From an uncultured Bifidobacteriaceae bacterium (GTDB lineage: Bacteria; Acidobacteriota; Vicinamibacteria; Vicinamibacterales; UBA2999), in assembly GCA_964643765.1 (NCBI GenBank), contig CAZXTM010000003.1, positions 10,958-74,957 of the forward strand: DNA of 64,000 nucleotides, written 5' to 3'. Below the pieces are notes generated by a model that was given only the letters and a program-made list of their open reading frames with translations, was not told the DNA's origin and did no database searches. Position 1 is the first letter of the stretch. Each line of letters starts with the position of its first letter. Of this stretch, positions 31,924 to 40,817 are shown piece after piece. A program made the translations under genes and the position numbers.

Positions 31924-31953
31924 CGGGAGACGCCGAGTGTCGCCCAGCGGGGT

Positions 31954-33258
31954 CTACTCGTAACGCAGCGCGTCGATCGGGTCCATCCGGGACGCCCGCC
32001 ATGCGGGCAGCATTCCGAAGAACACGCCGACGAAGGCCGAGAAGCCGAGGCCGAGCGCGAAGGACCACCATGGCAGGGACACCGGAAAGCCTGACGCCAG
32101 GTTCACCAGGAGCCCGATGGTGCTGCCGGCCAGGACGCCGATGATTCCCCCGACGCTGGTCAGCACCACCGCCTCGATGAGGAACTGGGTCAGGATTTCG
32201 ACGTTGCGGGCACCAATCGCCTTGCGGACGCCGATTTCACGTGTGCGCTCGGTCACCGAAATGGTCATGATGGCCATCACTCCGATGCCTCCCACCATGA
32301 GAGCCACCGACGAGATGACGACGAGGGCCAGCAACACAGCCTGCGAGATCTGATCCCACACCTTCAGGACAGCGTCCTGCGTGACGAGGTCGAAGTCATT
32401 GGGCTTGTCGAGGGTGAGACCGTGCCGGATGCGCATGATCGTCTCGACTTCGCGCATCGCATCTTCACGGGAGACATCTTCCTTCGGGACGACGGCAATC
32501 ATCACGGCCTGTCCGCCGAAAGGACCGCGCCTGACACGCTCGTTGCCGAACTGCTTGCGGAAGGCCGTGTAGGGGATGACGGCCATGTTGTCCTGTCCGG
32601 TGGCAAAGCCTCCGGCACTGGGACGCTTGCCCATCACGCCGACCACTACGTACTCGACCGCGCCGACGCGGATGCGCTTGCCGACCGGGTCGATGCCGCG
32701 CCGGGCGAACAGCGCCTCGTAGACATCGTAGCCAATCACGGCCACGCGTCGACGTCGCTCGACCTCCTGCTCGGTGAACATGCGCCCGGCGAACATCTTG
32801 GCGAAGTTGACGTCGATGAAGCGATCGCTCGTGCCCATGACGGCTGCAGGGCGGGTGCGCTCTCCCTGGTAGAACAGCCGTTCGAAGGTCGGACCCGGCG
32901 GGCCGGCGCCAAGCCAGGTGTCCACCAGGTCGATGGTGGTCGACATGCGTTCAATGGCGAGGCCGTCTTCGATGGTGAGCGAGGGACGGCGGATGAGCTC
33001 GAGGAAGGAGGCGCCGGCCGAGAAGCTGACGGCGCCGAACCGCTGGACGAAGATGGTCCGTGGCCCGAGGGCCGAGATGCTGTCGCGCAGCGAGGTGTCG
33101 AACCCCCGGATGAGCGACGTCATACCGACGATGGAGGTGACGCCGATGACCACCCCGAGCACGGTCAGCGCCGACCGCAACTTGTTGGTGCGCAGGGTCT
33201 CGAAGGCCATGCGCGCGGTTTCGCGGAAGAGACCGAGATAGCGCTCGACAATGGCCAT
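31954..33258 (-). CDS. MacB-type ABC transporter permease (MacB periplasmic core + FtsX domain)
   Basis: N-terminal TM (KLRSALTVLGVVIGVTSIV), large periplasmic domain, and FtsX region TERTREIGVRKAIGARNVEILTQFLIEAVVLT. Confidence 0.9.
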   Translation of the reverse strand: MAIVERYLGLFRETARMAFETLRTNKLRSALTVLGVVIGVTSIVGMTSLIRGFDTSLRDSISALGPRTIFVQRFGAVSFSAGASFLELIRRPSLTIEDGLAIERMSTTIDLVDTWLGAGPPGPTFERLFYQGERTRPAAVMGTSDRFIDVNFAKMFAGRMFTEQEVERRRRVAVIGYDVYEALFARRGIDPVGKRIRVGAVEYVVVGVMGKRPSAGGFATGQDNMAVIPYTAFRKQFGNERVRRGPFGGQAVMIAVVPKEDVSREDAMREVETIMRIRHGLTLDKPNDFDLVTQDAVLKVWDQISQAVLLALVVISSVALMVGGIGVMAIMTISVTERTREIGVRKAIGARNVEILTQFLIEAVVLTSVGGIIGVLAGSTIGLLVNLASGFPVSLPWWSFALGLGFSAFVGVFFGMLPAWRASRMDPIDALRYE

Positions 33259-33259
33259 G

Positions 33260-34483
33260 TTATTCGCGCCTCAGGGCTTCGATCGGATCGAGGCCGGCGG
33301 CCCGCCGGGCGGGATACCAGCCGAAAAACAGCCCCACCAGCGCGGTGACCACCACGCCGAGGGCCACTGACCAGCTCTCCACGGCCGCCGGCACCGGTGT
33401 GACAGAGGCAATCAGGGTGGCGAGGGACCAGCCCAGGGCCACGCCGACAATGCCGCCGGTGAGCGAGAGCGTCACCGACTCGGTGAGGACCTGCGACATG
33501 ATGTCGAGCCGGCGGGCCCCGAGCGCCTTGCGGAGGCCGATTTCCCGGGTGCGTTCGCTGACGACCATCAGCATGATGTTCATGATGACGATACCGCCGA
33601 CCACCAGCGAGAGGCCCACGATGCCGACGAGCAGCACGGCGATGCCGGCGGTGGCCTGACGGAAGATGTCGAGGACGGAGTCAGAGGCGACGATGCCGAA
33701 GTTCTCGGGCTCGGCGGGCTTGAGCCGGCGCTCGACGCGCAGGGCCACGCGCGCTTCGTCCTTGGCCCGGTCGACGAGCGAGGCGTCGCGAGGGCGCACC
33801 ATCAGTTGCAGCGACTGCCGTGCGCCGAAGAGCTTCTGATACGAGCCCAGGGGAATGACCACAAACTCGTCGAGGGAACTGCCGAAGGAGGAACCCTTCT
33901 TGGCCGATACCCCGACGACGCGGAACGGCACGCCGGCCACGCGCAGGGTCTTGTCGATGGGGTCGGCCGAGCCGAAGAGCCGGTCGGCCACCTGCCAGCC
34001 GATGAGGGCGACCGGTCGATTGCGGTGGATTTCAACGGGGCTGATCATGCGGCCGCGTTCGGCATCGAAGGTCGTGAACTCGAGATACTGCTCGGTCACG
34101 CCCTGCACCTGAATCGACTCAAGTTCCTCGGTGCGGTAGGCCACGCTGGCGTTCTGCTGCGCCTGTGCCATGACGGCCGAGACAGACAGCGCGAACCGGC
34201 GGATGGCTGTCGCATCGTCGAGGGTGACATTGGGATTGCTGCGCTGGCGTTCGAACTCGTCTTCGTTCTGCGTGAACGCCGTCCGTTGCACCACGAACGA
34301 GTCGGCGCCGAGGTCGGACACAATCGCGTCGGTGACCGCGCCGTTGACGCCGGTGATGAGTGCCACCACCGTGATGATCGACGACACGGCCACGATGTTG
34401 CCGAGCAGCGTCAGCAGCGATCGCAGCTTGTTGGCCCAGATGGAGGCCAGGGCCAGCCGAACCGACTCGAGCAGATGGGCCAT
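33260..34483 (-). CDS. MacB-type ABC transporter permease (second copy)
   Basis: Same architecture: KLRSLLTLLGNIVAVSSII and SERTREIGLRKALGARRLDIMSQVLTESVTLS. 1-nt gap to the downstream permease. Confidence 0.9.
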   Translation of the reverse strand: MAHLLESVRLALASIWANKLRSLLTLLGNIVAVSSIITVVALITGVNGAVTDAIVSDLGADSFVVQRTAFTQNEDEFERQRSNPNVTLDDATAIRRFALSVSAVMAQAQQNASVAYRTEELESIQVQGVTEQYLEFTTFDAERGRMISPVEIHRNRPVALIGWQVADRLFGSADPIDKTLRVAGVPFRVVGVSAKKGSSFGSSLDEFVVIPLGSYQKLFGARQSLQLMVRPRDASLVDRAKDEARVALRVERRLKPAEPENFGIVASDSVLDIFRQATAGIAVLLVGIVGLSLVVGGIVIMNIMLMVVSERTREIGLRKALGARRLDIMSQVLTESVTLSLTGGIVGVALGWSLATLIASVTPVPAAVESWSVALGVVVTALVGLFFGWYPARRAAGLDPIEALRRE

Positions 34484-34491
34484 GAGCCGAG

Positions 34492-35886
34492 CTAGCTGCC
34501 CACCCTGACGCTGACACCCCGGCCGCCTGCCGTCTGGCCTGCGGCTGGGCCGGTCGAGACGGCGTCGCCCTCATAGAGCCCGCGTACCGACTCGAAGGGG
34601 CCGGTGATGACCCGGTCACCTTCGGACAGGCCACTCAGCACTTCCAGATAACGCTCGCCGGCGATTCCCAGCTTGACGGCAACGAACGCCGCCTTGCCAT
34701 CCCGGATGAGAAACACGCCCTCGGTTTCCTGGCGCTTCTGGCCCGGCTGCAACTCGGTCGAGACGACCAGAGCAGGCGGGGTGGCTGAGGGGCGACCGAA
34801 GCGGAATCCTCCCGTAGGAGCCGGCCGGGGTTCAGGGATGACCGTGCCCTGGGCGTCGTACAGCAGCTCGCGGACGGTCAGCGCCTGAATCGGCACCGAC
34901 AGGGCGTTGCTGCGCGAGGCCGTCGAGATTTCTGCCGTGCAGGTGAAACCGGGCCGCACGTCGGGAATCCGCTCGTCGAGGGTGATGGTGACCTTGAAGT
35001 TAGTGGCCGTGCGCTGGGTCGCTGCGGCGGCGGTGGCCTGGATGGGGCTGTTGCCAATCTCGGTGACCGTTCCCGAGAAGACGCGGTCAGGCATGGCGTC
35101 GATGGTGACCTTCGCCTTCTGACCGAGCGCTACGAGCGGGATGTCGGTTTCGTCCACCTCGACCTCGGCTTCGATGACCGACATGTCGGCGACGGTCATC
35201 AGGACGGTGCCGGCGTTGTTCATCGTGCCGACGACGACGTTTTCGCCCTCCTCGATGTTGCGGCGGGTCACGATGCCGTCGAAGGGCGCGTCGAACCTGA
35301 CCTGGGAGAGCGTGTGGCGGCTGCTCTGCAGGCCAGCTTCGGTCTGCCGCAACTGTGTCTCGCGGTTCTTGATTTCCTGCTCGCGGGCCCGGAGATCGCT
35401 CTCGCGGACCTCGACGTCGGCCTGCGCACGCTCGAGGGCTTCACGGGTGGTGAGTCCTGAGGCGGAGAGTTCCTGCTGCCGTTTGAGGGCCTGCCGAGCC
35501 AGTTCGAGGTTCGCACGGGCGCTCTGCAGGCCGACGCGCGACTGTTCGAGGGCTGTGCGCGAGCCGGCCACGGCGGCTTCGTCCCTGCGCACGGCGGCCT
35601 CGGCCACGACCGCGTCAATCTGCAGCAGGAACTGGCCCGCCTTCACCCGGTCACCTTCCTTGACGCCCAGCCTGGTGACGCGGCCCATGGACTGGGCACT
35701 GATATTGACGACTTTCTGCGGCTCGATCTTCCCGGAGGCAGAGACCAGGGCCTCGAGGTCGCGCCGCTGGATGGTCTCTGCGGTCACGGTGGTGCCGGTC
35801 TGGCGGCCCTTCGAGAAGTAGGCGGCGACGGCTCCACCACCCGCCAGCAACACGATGATCACCCAGAACCACTTGTTCCGCAGCAC
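34492..35886 (-). CDS. Periplasmic efflux adaptor (HlyD/MacA family membrane fusion protein)
   Basis: N-terminal TM, lipoyl-like SASGKIEPQKVVNISAQSMGRVTRLGVKEGDRVKAGQFLLQID, a long coiled-coil, and a beta-barrel domain. Confidence 0.88.
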   Translation of the reverse strand: MLRNKWFWVIIVLLAGGGAVAAYFSKGRQTGTTVTAETIQRRDLEALVSASGKIEPQKVVNISAQSMGRVTRLGVKEGDRVKAGQFLLQIDAVVAEAAVRRDEAAVAGSRTALEQSRVGLQSARANLELARQALKRQQELSASGLTTREALERAQADVEVRESDLRAREQEIKNRETQLRQTEAGLQSSRHTLSQVRFDAPFDGIVTRRNIEEGENVVVGTMNNAGTVLMTVADMSVIEAEVEVDETDIPLVALGQKAKVTIDAMPDRVFSGTVTEIGNSPIQATAAAATQRTATNFKVTITLDERIPDVRPGFTCTAEISTASRSNALSVPIQALTVRELLYDAQGTVIPEPRPAPTGGFRFGRPSATPPALVVSTELQPGQKRQETEGVFLIRDGKAAFVAVKLGIAGERYLEVLSGLSEGDRVITGPFESVRGLYEGDAVSTGPAAGQTAGGRGVSVRVGS

Positions 35887-35887
35887 G

Positions 35888-36574
35888 CTAAGACCCTCCT
35901 CGCAGCACCATCACCACCGCCAGGACGGCGGCCATTCCCACATACAACCCGAGCAGTGTGCCCGCGTAGCTCCGGGCTGGGCGCCCGGTGGCGGCACTGA
36001 GGCCGAGGGCAATCAGCCCTCCCCACCACAGGGCGAAGATATCGATTGAACCAAACAGGCGAGCCGGCAGGCTGCCATCCTGGATGCCGGGCAGCACGGC
36101 CGCCAGGTTGGTCATGTTCGTGACCGACTCCCGGAGGAACATGAGGGGAACGGTCAGGGCCTGCTGGAGGCCCAGGATGCACGAGGCCTGCACCGAGACC
36201 GCGAGAGCCGCTCCGGTGGACAGCGACCCCCGATGCCATCCGGCCACCTGCCGCAGCGCAAGGGCGACGAGCAGGGTTGCCACGGGCAGTAGCAGCAGCC
36301 TGGTTCCTGTCAGGTAGCTCGTCCAGGGCGGCGACTGCTGCAACTCCACATACTGCGCGTCAGACACGGTGCCACCGAACGCCTCGACGATGCGCACGTG
36401 TTCGTCGACGAGTGCCTGGCGGCCTACGCTGGTGGAGAGTAGTCCTGCGGATGGAATCAGCCACAGCGCCAGCACGACGATCCAGGGGCCGGCCACCCTG
36501 GGATGGGCCACGGCAGTGGCCATGGTGTGTCTGGGACGAAGGACAACGCCTGTCAGAACTTGAAGAAGACTCAC
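35888..36574 (-). CDS. Yip1-domain-like polytopic membrane protein
   Basis: 228 aa, GTG start, about five TM helices. Opening LLQVLTGVVLRPRHTMATAV is typical of Yip1/DUF1282-like proteins. Its stop lies 1 nt from the adaptor start codon. Confidence 0.55.
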   Translation of the reverse strand: MSLLQVLTGVVLRPRHTMATAVAHPRVAGPWIVVLALWLIPSAGLLSTSVGRQALVDEHVRIVEAFGGTVSDAQYVELQQSPPWTSYLTGTRLLLLPVATLLVALALRQVAGWHRGSLSTGAALAVSVQASCILGLQQALTVPLMFLRESVTNMTNLAAVLPGIQDGSLPARLFGSIDIFALWWGGLIALGLSAATGRPARSYAGTLLGLYVGMAAVLAVVMVLRGGS

Positions 36575-36678
36575 AAAACCCTAAGACCATAAGACGAAGC
36601 CACCGGGCGAGGGGTTCCGCGTGCCAGCCGGCCGCACGTGCCGCGAGGCAGGCCCTCCCCTGAAGTTCGCGACATGTC

Positions 36679-37905
36679 GTGCCGAGACGACGGGGCAGCA
36701 TGCCCACGACTTCCGATTCCAACGCCGGGACCGGCCACACGGGTGCCGAGGACGCTGGGGCGGTGCTCCGTCTCGATGTGGCATCGCATGCGACGGCGGT
36801 GACTGCGGTCGACCACATGCTCGACATGGCTATCCGCCTGGGCGCCAGCGATGTGCACTGCGAGCCCGACCCCGCCGGGCTGCGCATCCGGTTCCGCATC
36901 GATGGACGCCTCGCGTCGGTGGGCACGTTCCCGCCGGGCCTGCGCGACGGGGTGATCACGCGCCTCAAGGTGCTGTCGCGGCTGGATGTGGCCGAGCGCA
37001 GGCTGCCGCAGGATGGCCGGTTCAGCGTGCGGCTTGAGGAGCCGCCCGGGGGCACATGCGACATCCGGGCGTCGACGTTGCCGACGCTGCAAGGCGAGAA
37101 GGCCGTGTTGCGGGTGGTGGTGCGGTCCACCGTTGCCCCTGATTTCGAGGGCCTCGGCTTCGATGCGCGCAGCGCCGACCTGTTCCGGGCGCAGCTGCAG
37201 CGTCCCTGGGGACTCATTCTGGTGACCGGGCCGACAGGCAGCGGCAAGACCAGCACCTTGTATGCAGCCCTGCAGCGGCTGGCGACGCCCGATCGCCACA
37301 TCATCACCGTGGAGGATCCGGTCGAGCGAGCCCTGCCGGGGGTGACGCAGGTGGCCGTGCGCGAGTCGATCGGCCTGGGCTTTGCGGCGGTGCTGCGTGC
37401 GAGCCTCCGGCAGGACCCCGACATCATGCTGGTCGGCGAGATTCGCGATGCCGAGACCGCGGCCGTGGCGATGCAGGCCGCATTGACGGGGCACCTGGTC
37501 CTCGCCACGCTGCACACCACCGACGCCCCTGGCGCTCCGGCGCGGTTGCTCGACATGGGGGTGCCGCCCTTCCTTGTCGCCGGTGCCCTGTCCGTGGTCT
37601 GCGCGCAGCGACTGGTGCGGCGCAGGTGCCGGCAGTGTCATCCCGGCCAGACGCAGGCCTGTGTCTCGTGCCGCAGCACGGGCTACCGTGGTCGCATCGG
37701 GCTCTTCGAAGTGATGACGATGTCCGATGTGCTGCGCACACTCGTGATGCAGCGGGCATCGGCCCAGGAACTGCGACGGCAGGCACTGGCCGAAGGCATG
37801 GTCTCACTGAGGCAGGCGGGCCTGCAGCGGGTGGCCGACGGGGTGACGTCGATCGAGGAAGTGTGGCGCGAGACCGCCGAGGACGGGGCGGCGATGCATG
37901 CATGA
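36679..37905 (+). CDS. pilB: Type IV pilus assembly ATPase, short GspE/PilB family
   Basis: ASDVHCEP, RLPQDGRF, Walker A GPTGSGKTST, Asp box, Walker B DPDIMLVGEIRD, tetracysteine CRQC...CVSC, GYRGRIGLFE. About 400 aa with no long N-terminal domains. Alternative ATG at 36700. Confidence 0.85.
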   Translation: MPRRRGSMPTTSDSNAGTGHTGAEDAGAVLRLDVASHATAVTAVDHMLDMAIRLGASDVHCEPDPAGLRIRFRIDGRLASVGTFPPGLRDGVITRLKVLSRLDVAERRLPQDGRFSVRLEEPPGGTCDIRASTLPTLQGEKAVLRVVVRSTVAPDFEGLGFDARSADLFRAQLQRPWGLILVTGPTGSGKTSTLYAALQRLATPDRHIITVEDPVERALPGVTQVAVRESIGLGFAAVLRASLRQDPDIMLVGEIRDAETAAVAMQAALTGHLVLATLHTTDAPGAPARLLDMGVPPFLVAGALSVVCAQRLVRRRCRQCHPGQTQACVSCRSTGYRGRIGLFEVMTMSDVLRTLVMQRASAQELRRQALAEGMVSLRQAGLQRVADGVTSIEEVWRETAEDGAAMHA

Positions 37906-38983
37906 GGCCGTGCTGGGGGCGATGGACGATCCGGCGGTCTCTGACGTGCACCTGCGCGCCGGCGCGCCTGTGTGGGTGCGCCGCTGGGGCCAGATGCGTG
38001 CGGTTGGCTCGGGCCTCCTGCAGGCCTCCGACGTTGACGCCACTATCGGGGTGGTGCTCGGCGACGGTCGGTGGCAGCAACTGCGGGAGGGCCGCGATGT
38101 CGATGCGGCCTGGCAGATGCCGGATGGTGATCGGTGGCGTGTGCATGCGTACCGGGCGGGGGGACTGTCGGCGGTCGCGATGCGGCGTATCCCCCGTGTC
38201 GTGCCGACGCTGCAGAGCCTCGGACTGCCGGCATCGCTGGCCACGCTGGTACGTGGGCCGTCGGGCCTGGTGCTGGTAACCGGGCCGACAGGCAGCGGCA
38301 AGAGCTCGACGATGGCCGCGCTGATTGACGGCATCAACCGTGAGCGCGAGTGCCATGTGCTGACGATCGAGGAACCGGTGGAATACCTGCATGCGCCGCA
38401 GCGGGCGCTTGTGACACAGCGGGAGCTCGACCGTGATGTGGAGTCGCTGGCCACCGCCCTCCGATCCGCCGTGCGGGCCGACCCCGACGTGGTGCTGGTG
38501 GGCGAGCTGCGCGACGAGGCGACGGTCGATGCGGCGCTCCAACTGGCGGAAACGGGCCACCTCACGCTGGCCACTCTGCACACCCGTTCGGCCATGGCCA
38601 CACTGCATCGCCTGGTCGACCTGACGTCCCCGGTGCGTCACGCGCAGGTGCGCCACCAGCTGGCGCTGGTGCTGGTGGGCGTGGTGTCACAGCGGCTGCT
38701 GCCCAGAGCCTCGGGCGAGGGGCGCGTCGCTGCCATCGAGGTCATGAGGGCGACACCCGCGATCCGTCACCTCCTGCGTGAAGGCAAGGTGCACCAACTG
38801 CCAGCAGCCATGCAGGCCGAGGGGCGCGACGGAGGCAGCTGGTCGCTGTCGCAATCGCTGGCTTCGCTTGTCGCTGCAGGCGAACTGAGGGAAGAGACGG
38901 CCGGTGTCGCGGCCGGCGACCGCGACGACTTCAGGCAGTGGCTGGCCAGGGAGCGTCGTGGCGGACCGGAAGGCAGGCGCTGA
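37898..38983 (+). CDS. pilT: Twitching-motility retraction ATPase, PilT family
   Basis: VSDVHL, LVLVTGPTGSGKSSTMAALI, HVLTIEEPVEY, DPDVVLVGELRD, GHLTLATLHT. 8-bp overlap with pilB. Confidence 0.85.
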   Translation: MHEAVLGAMDDPAVSDVHLRAGAPVWVRRWGQMRAVGSGLLQASDVDATIGVVLGDGRWQQLREGRDVDAAWQMPDGDRWRVHAYRAGGLSAVAMRRIPRVVPTLQSLGLPASLATLVRGPSGLVLVTGPTGSGKSSTMAALIDGINRERECHVLTIEEPVEYLHAPQRALVTQRELDRDVESLATALRSAVRADPDVVLVGELRDEATVDAALQLAETGHLTLATLHTRSAMATLHRLVDLTSPVRHAQVRHQLALVLVGVVSQRLLPRASGEGRVAAIEVMRATPAIRHLLREGKVHQLPAAMQAEGRDGGSWSLSQSLASLVAAGELREETAGVAAGDRDDFRQWLARERRGGPEGRR

Positions 38984-40038
38984 CCGTGCCCCAGCTGGCC
39001 CGACTGGGGGGGGCAGGGCAGGGGCGGGCGCTGCAGCAGTGCGCGCTGCTGCTGGAGTCGGGCCTGCCGCTGGTGTCGGTGCTGGACCTGCGCGCCTCGC
39101 TCGAGGCGCGTCCGGCGAGCCGTGCCCTGTGGGCGCACCTGGCGCGCGCCGTCGAGTCGGGCACTCCCCTATCCGAGGCCCTGCGGCTCCTGGGACAGAG
39201 GGTCGATCCGTTCGTCTCGGGCATGGTGGACGCCGGCGAGCAGAGTGGGGAACTGCCGGCCATGCTCGAGCGGGCAGGGGCCACCCTGATTCACCGGGCT
39301 GACACGCGTCAGGCGGTGCAGCGTGCACTGTCGTATCCCGTCGCGGTGCTGGGGGTGGCCGTCCTGGTGATGGTAGCGCTGCTGTGGCGGGTGGTGCCGC
39401 TGTTTGCCGAGTTGTTCGCCTCGCTCGGAGTGGCGCTGCCCTGGCCAACCCGTGTGCTGCTCGAGACAGGCGCCCTGCTGAACCGATGGGGCACCGCGGG
39501 CGTAGCGCTGATGGCTACGGCGATGGCCGCCTGGTGGGCGTGGCGGCACAGCCGCCGTGGGAGGCGGGCGTGGCGGGCGCTTCTGGGGCGCCTGCCCTTC
39601 GTGGGACCGGTCCTGCAGCAGTCGGCGGCGGCGGGTGCCTGCCGCATGCTGGCGATGCTGCTGAAGGCGGGCCTTCCGCTGATCGATGCGCTGGCCGTCA
39701 CGGCGCGGTGCTCGGATGAACCCGCAGCACGGCTGGCCCTGCTGGCCCTGCGCCGCGCAGTGGCTCGTGGCGACCGGCTGCGGGACGCACTCGAGCGCGA
39801 TTGGTGGTGGCCTCCGCTGGTGATCGAGTGTGTGGCGGTGGGGGAAACCACGGGCCGCCTCGACGTCCTGCTGCTCAATGCCGCCGACACATGTGACCGT
39901 GACCTCCGGCACGACCTCGCCAGGCACCTGGCTCTGCTCGAGCCGGTAGTCATGGTGCTGGTCGGTGGCGTCGTGGCCGGAATGGTGCTGTCGCTGTATC
40001 TGCCGCTGTTCTCGCTCATGCAGACGATGGGACGATGA
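38938..40038 (+). CDS. pilC: Type IV pilus platform protein, PilC/GspF family
   Basis: Two T2SSF-type repeats (LLLESGLPLVSVL...GELPAMLERAG and MLLKAGLPLIDAL...GRLDVLLLNAA) with three TM segments. Start is uncertain: GTG 38938 overlaps pilT by 46 bp, and GTG 38986 lies just after the pilT stop. Confidence 0.8.
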   Translation: MAGQGASWRTGRQALTVPQLARLGGAGQGRALQQCALLLESGLPLVSVLDLRASLEARPASRALWAHLARAVESGTPLSEALRLLGQRVDPFVSGMVDAGEQSGELPAMLERAGATLIHRADTRQAVQRALSYPVAVLGVAVLVMVALLWRVVPLFAELFASLGVALPWPTRVLLETGALLNRWGTAGVALMATAMAAWWAWRHSRRGRRAWRALLGRLPFVGPVLQQSAAAGACRMLAMLLKAGLPLIDALAVTARCSDEPAARLALLALRRAVARGDRLRDALERDWWWPPLVIECVAVGETTGRLDVLLLNAADTCDRDLRHDLARHLALLEPVVMVLVGGVVAGMVLSLYLPLFSLMQTMGR

Positions 40039-40170
40039 GAGCGGGGGCCTGTGTGCCCGGGGCCGGGATGTTCTACACTGCAATGAGGCGCGCAGGTTCT
40101 GCGGGCCACAAGACGCCCGGCGCAGCGCAGTGGCTTCCATCCCAGTGAGTCATCCAGAGCCATCCTCCGA

Positions 40171-40185
40171 GGCATACGACTTGCA
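40171..40185 (+). promoter_or_regulatory. Sigma-54 (-24/-12) promoter candidate upstream of the pilin gene
   Basis: GGCATacgacTTGCA matches GGCAC-N5-TTGCW with exact GG-N10-GC spacing. It lies ~63 nt upstream of the pilin ATG in a 210-bp intergenic region. Confidence 0.45.
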
Positions 40186-40248
40186 CGGGCTGTCTGCCGG
40201 GAATAGGTCGGGGAATCCGCCGTCGTCGGAAAGGTCACGGGGAACACT

Positions 40249-40791
40249 ATGCAGGCACGCAATCGTCAGGGGTTTACACTCATCGAGCTGCTCATTGTGG
40301 TGGCGATCATCGGCATCATTTCGGCGATCGCCGTGCCCGGGCTGATGGGGATGCGGCGCTCGGGCAACGAGACGTCAGCTGTCGGGTCGCTGCGCGCCAT
40401 CTACAGCTCGCAGCAGGCCTTCGCGGCGACGTGCGGTAACGGATTCTATGCCGCCAAGCTGACTGATCTGGCCAAGTCACCGCCGAACGGGGGGGCGCCG
40501 TTCATCAGCCCCGACCTCGGCTCCGCCGATGAGGTGCAGAAGAGCGGCTACCTCATTTCGATCGCCGCCGGCAGCGATGGCGCAGCGGCCAGTCTCGATG
40601 CCTGCAACGGCGTGCCGGCTGCGGACCTGACCAGTTCCTGGTATGCGAAGGCCGAGCCGATTTCGCCCGGGTCGACAGGCACCCGGTTCTTCTGGATTGG
40701 GACGCTCGGCACCATCTTCGCCGATGCCGCCCAGCCCATTCCGTCGACGGTGGGATCTGACCAGGCGCCCGGCGGCGCGCCGATTCAGTAG
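40249..40791 (+). CDS. Type IV major pilin (prepilin with N-terminal cleavage/methylation motif)
   Basis: MQARNRQG|FTLIELLIVVAIIGIISAIAVPG has Glu at +5. The NETSAVGSLRAIYSSQQAF block is present. Two cysteines (positions 62 and 119 of the precursor). Confidence 0.9.
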   Translation: MQARNRQGFTLIELLIVVAIIGIISAIAVPGLMGMRRSGNETSAVGSLRAIYSSQQAFAATCGNGFYAAKLTDLAKSPPNGGAPFISPDLGSADEVQKSGYLISIAAGSDGAAASLDACNGVPAADLTSSWYAKAEPISPGSTGTRFFWIGTLGTIFADAAQPIPSTVGSDQAPGGAPIQ

Positions 40792-40817
40792 GCCCCCCGG
40801 GGCGTATAATCGCGCAC

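Noticed and set aside
36360-38656. Several 350-410-aa minus-strand ORFs overlapping pilB and pilT (36360-37556, 36571-37641, 37424-38656)
   Set aside because: The plus strand carries clear secretion ATPase motifs. The minus-strand products are Arg/Pro/His-rich artefacts.
38938-38985. 46-bp overlap of pilC with pilT implied by the longest ORF
   Set aside because: Kept only as the maximal coordinate. The GTG at 38986, directly after the pilT stop, is an equally plausible start, and sequence alone cannot decide between them.
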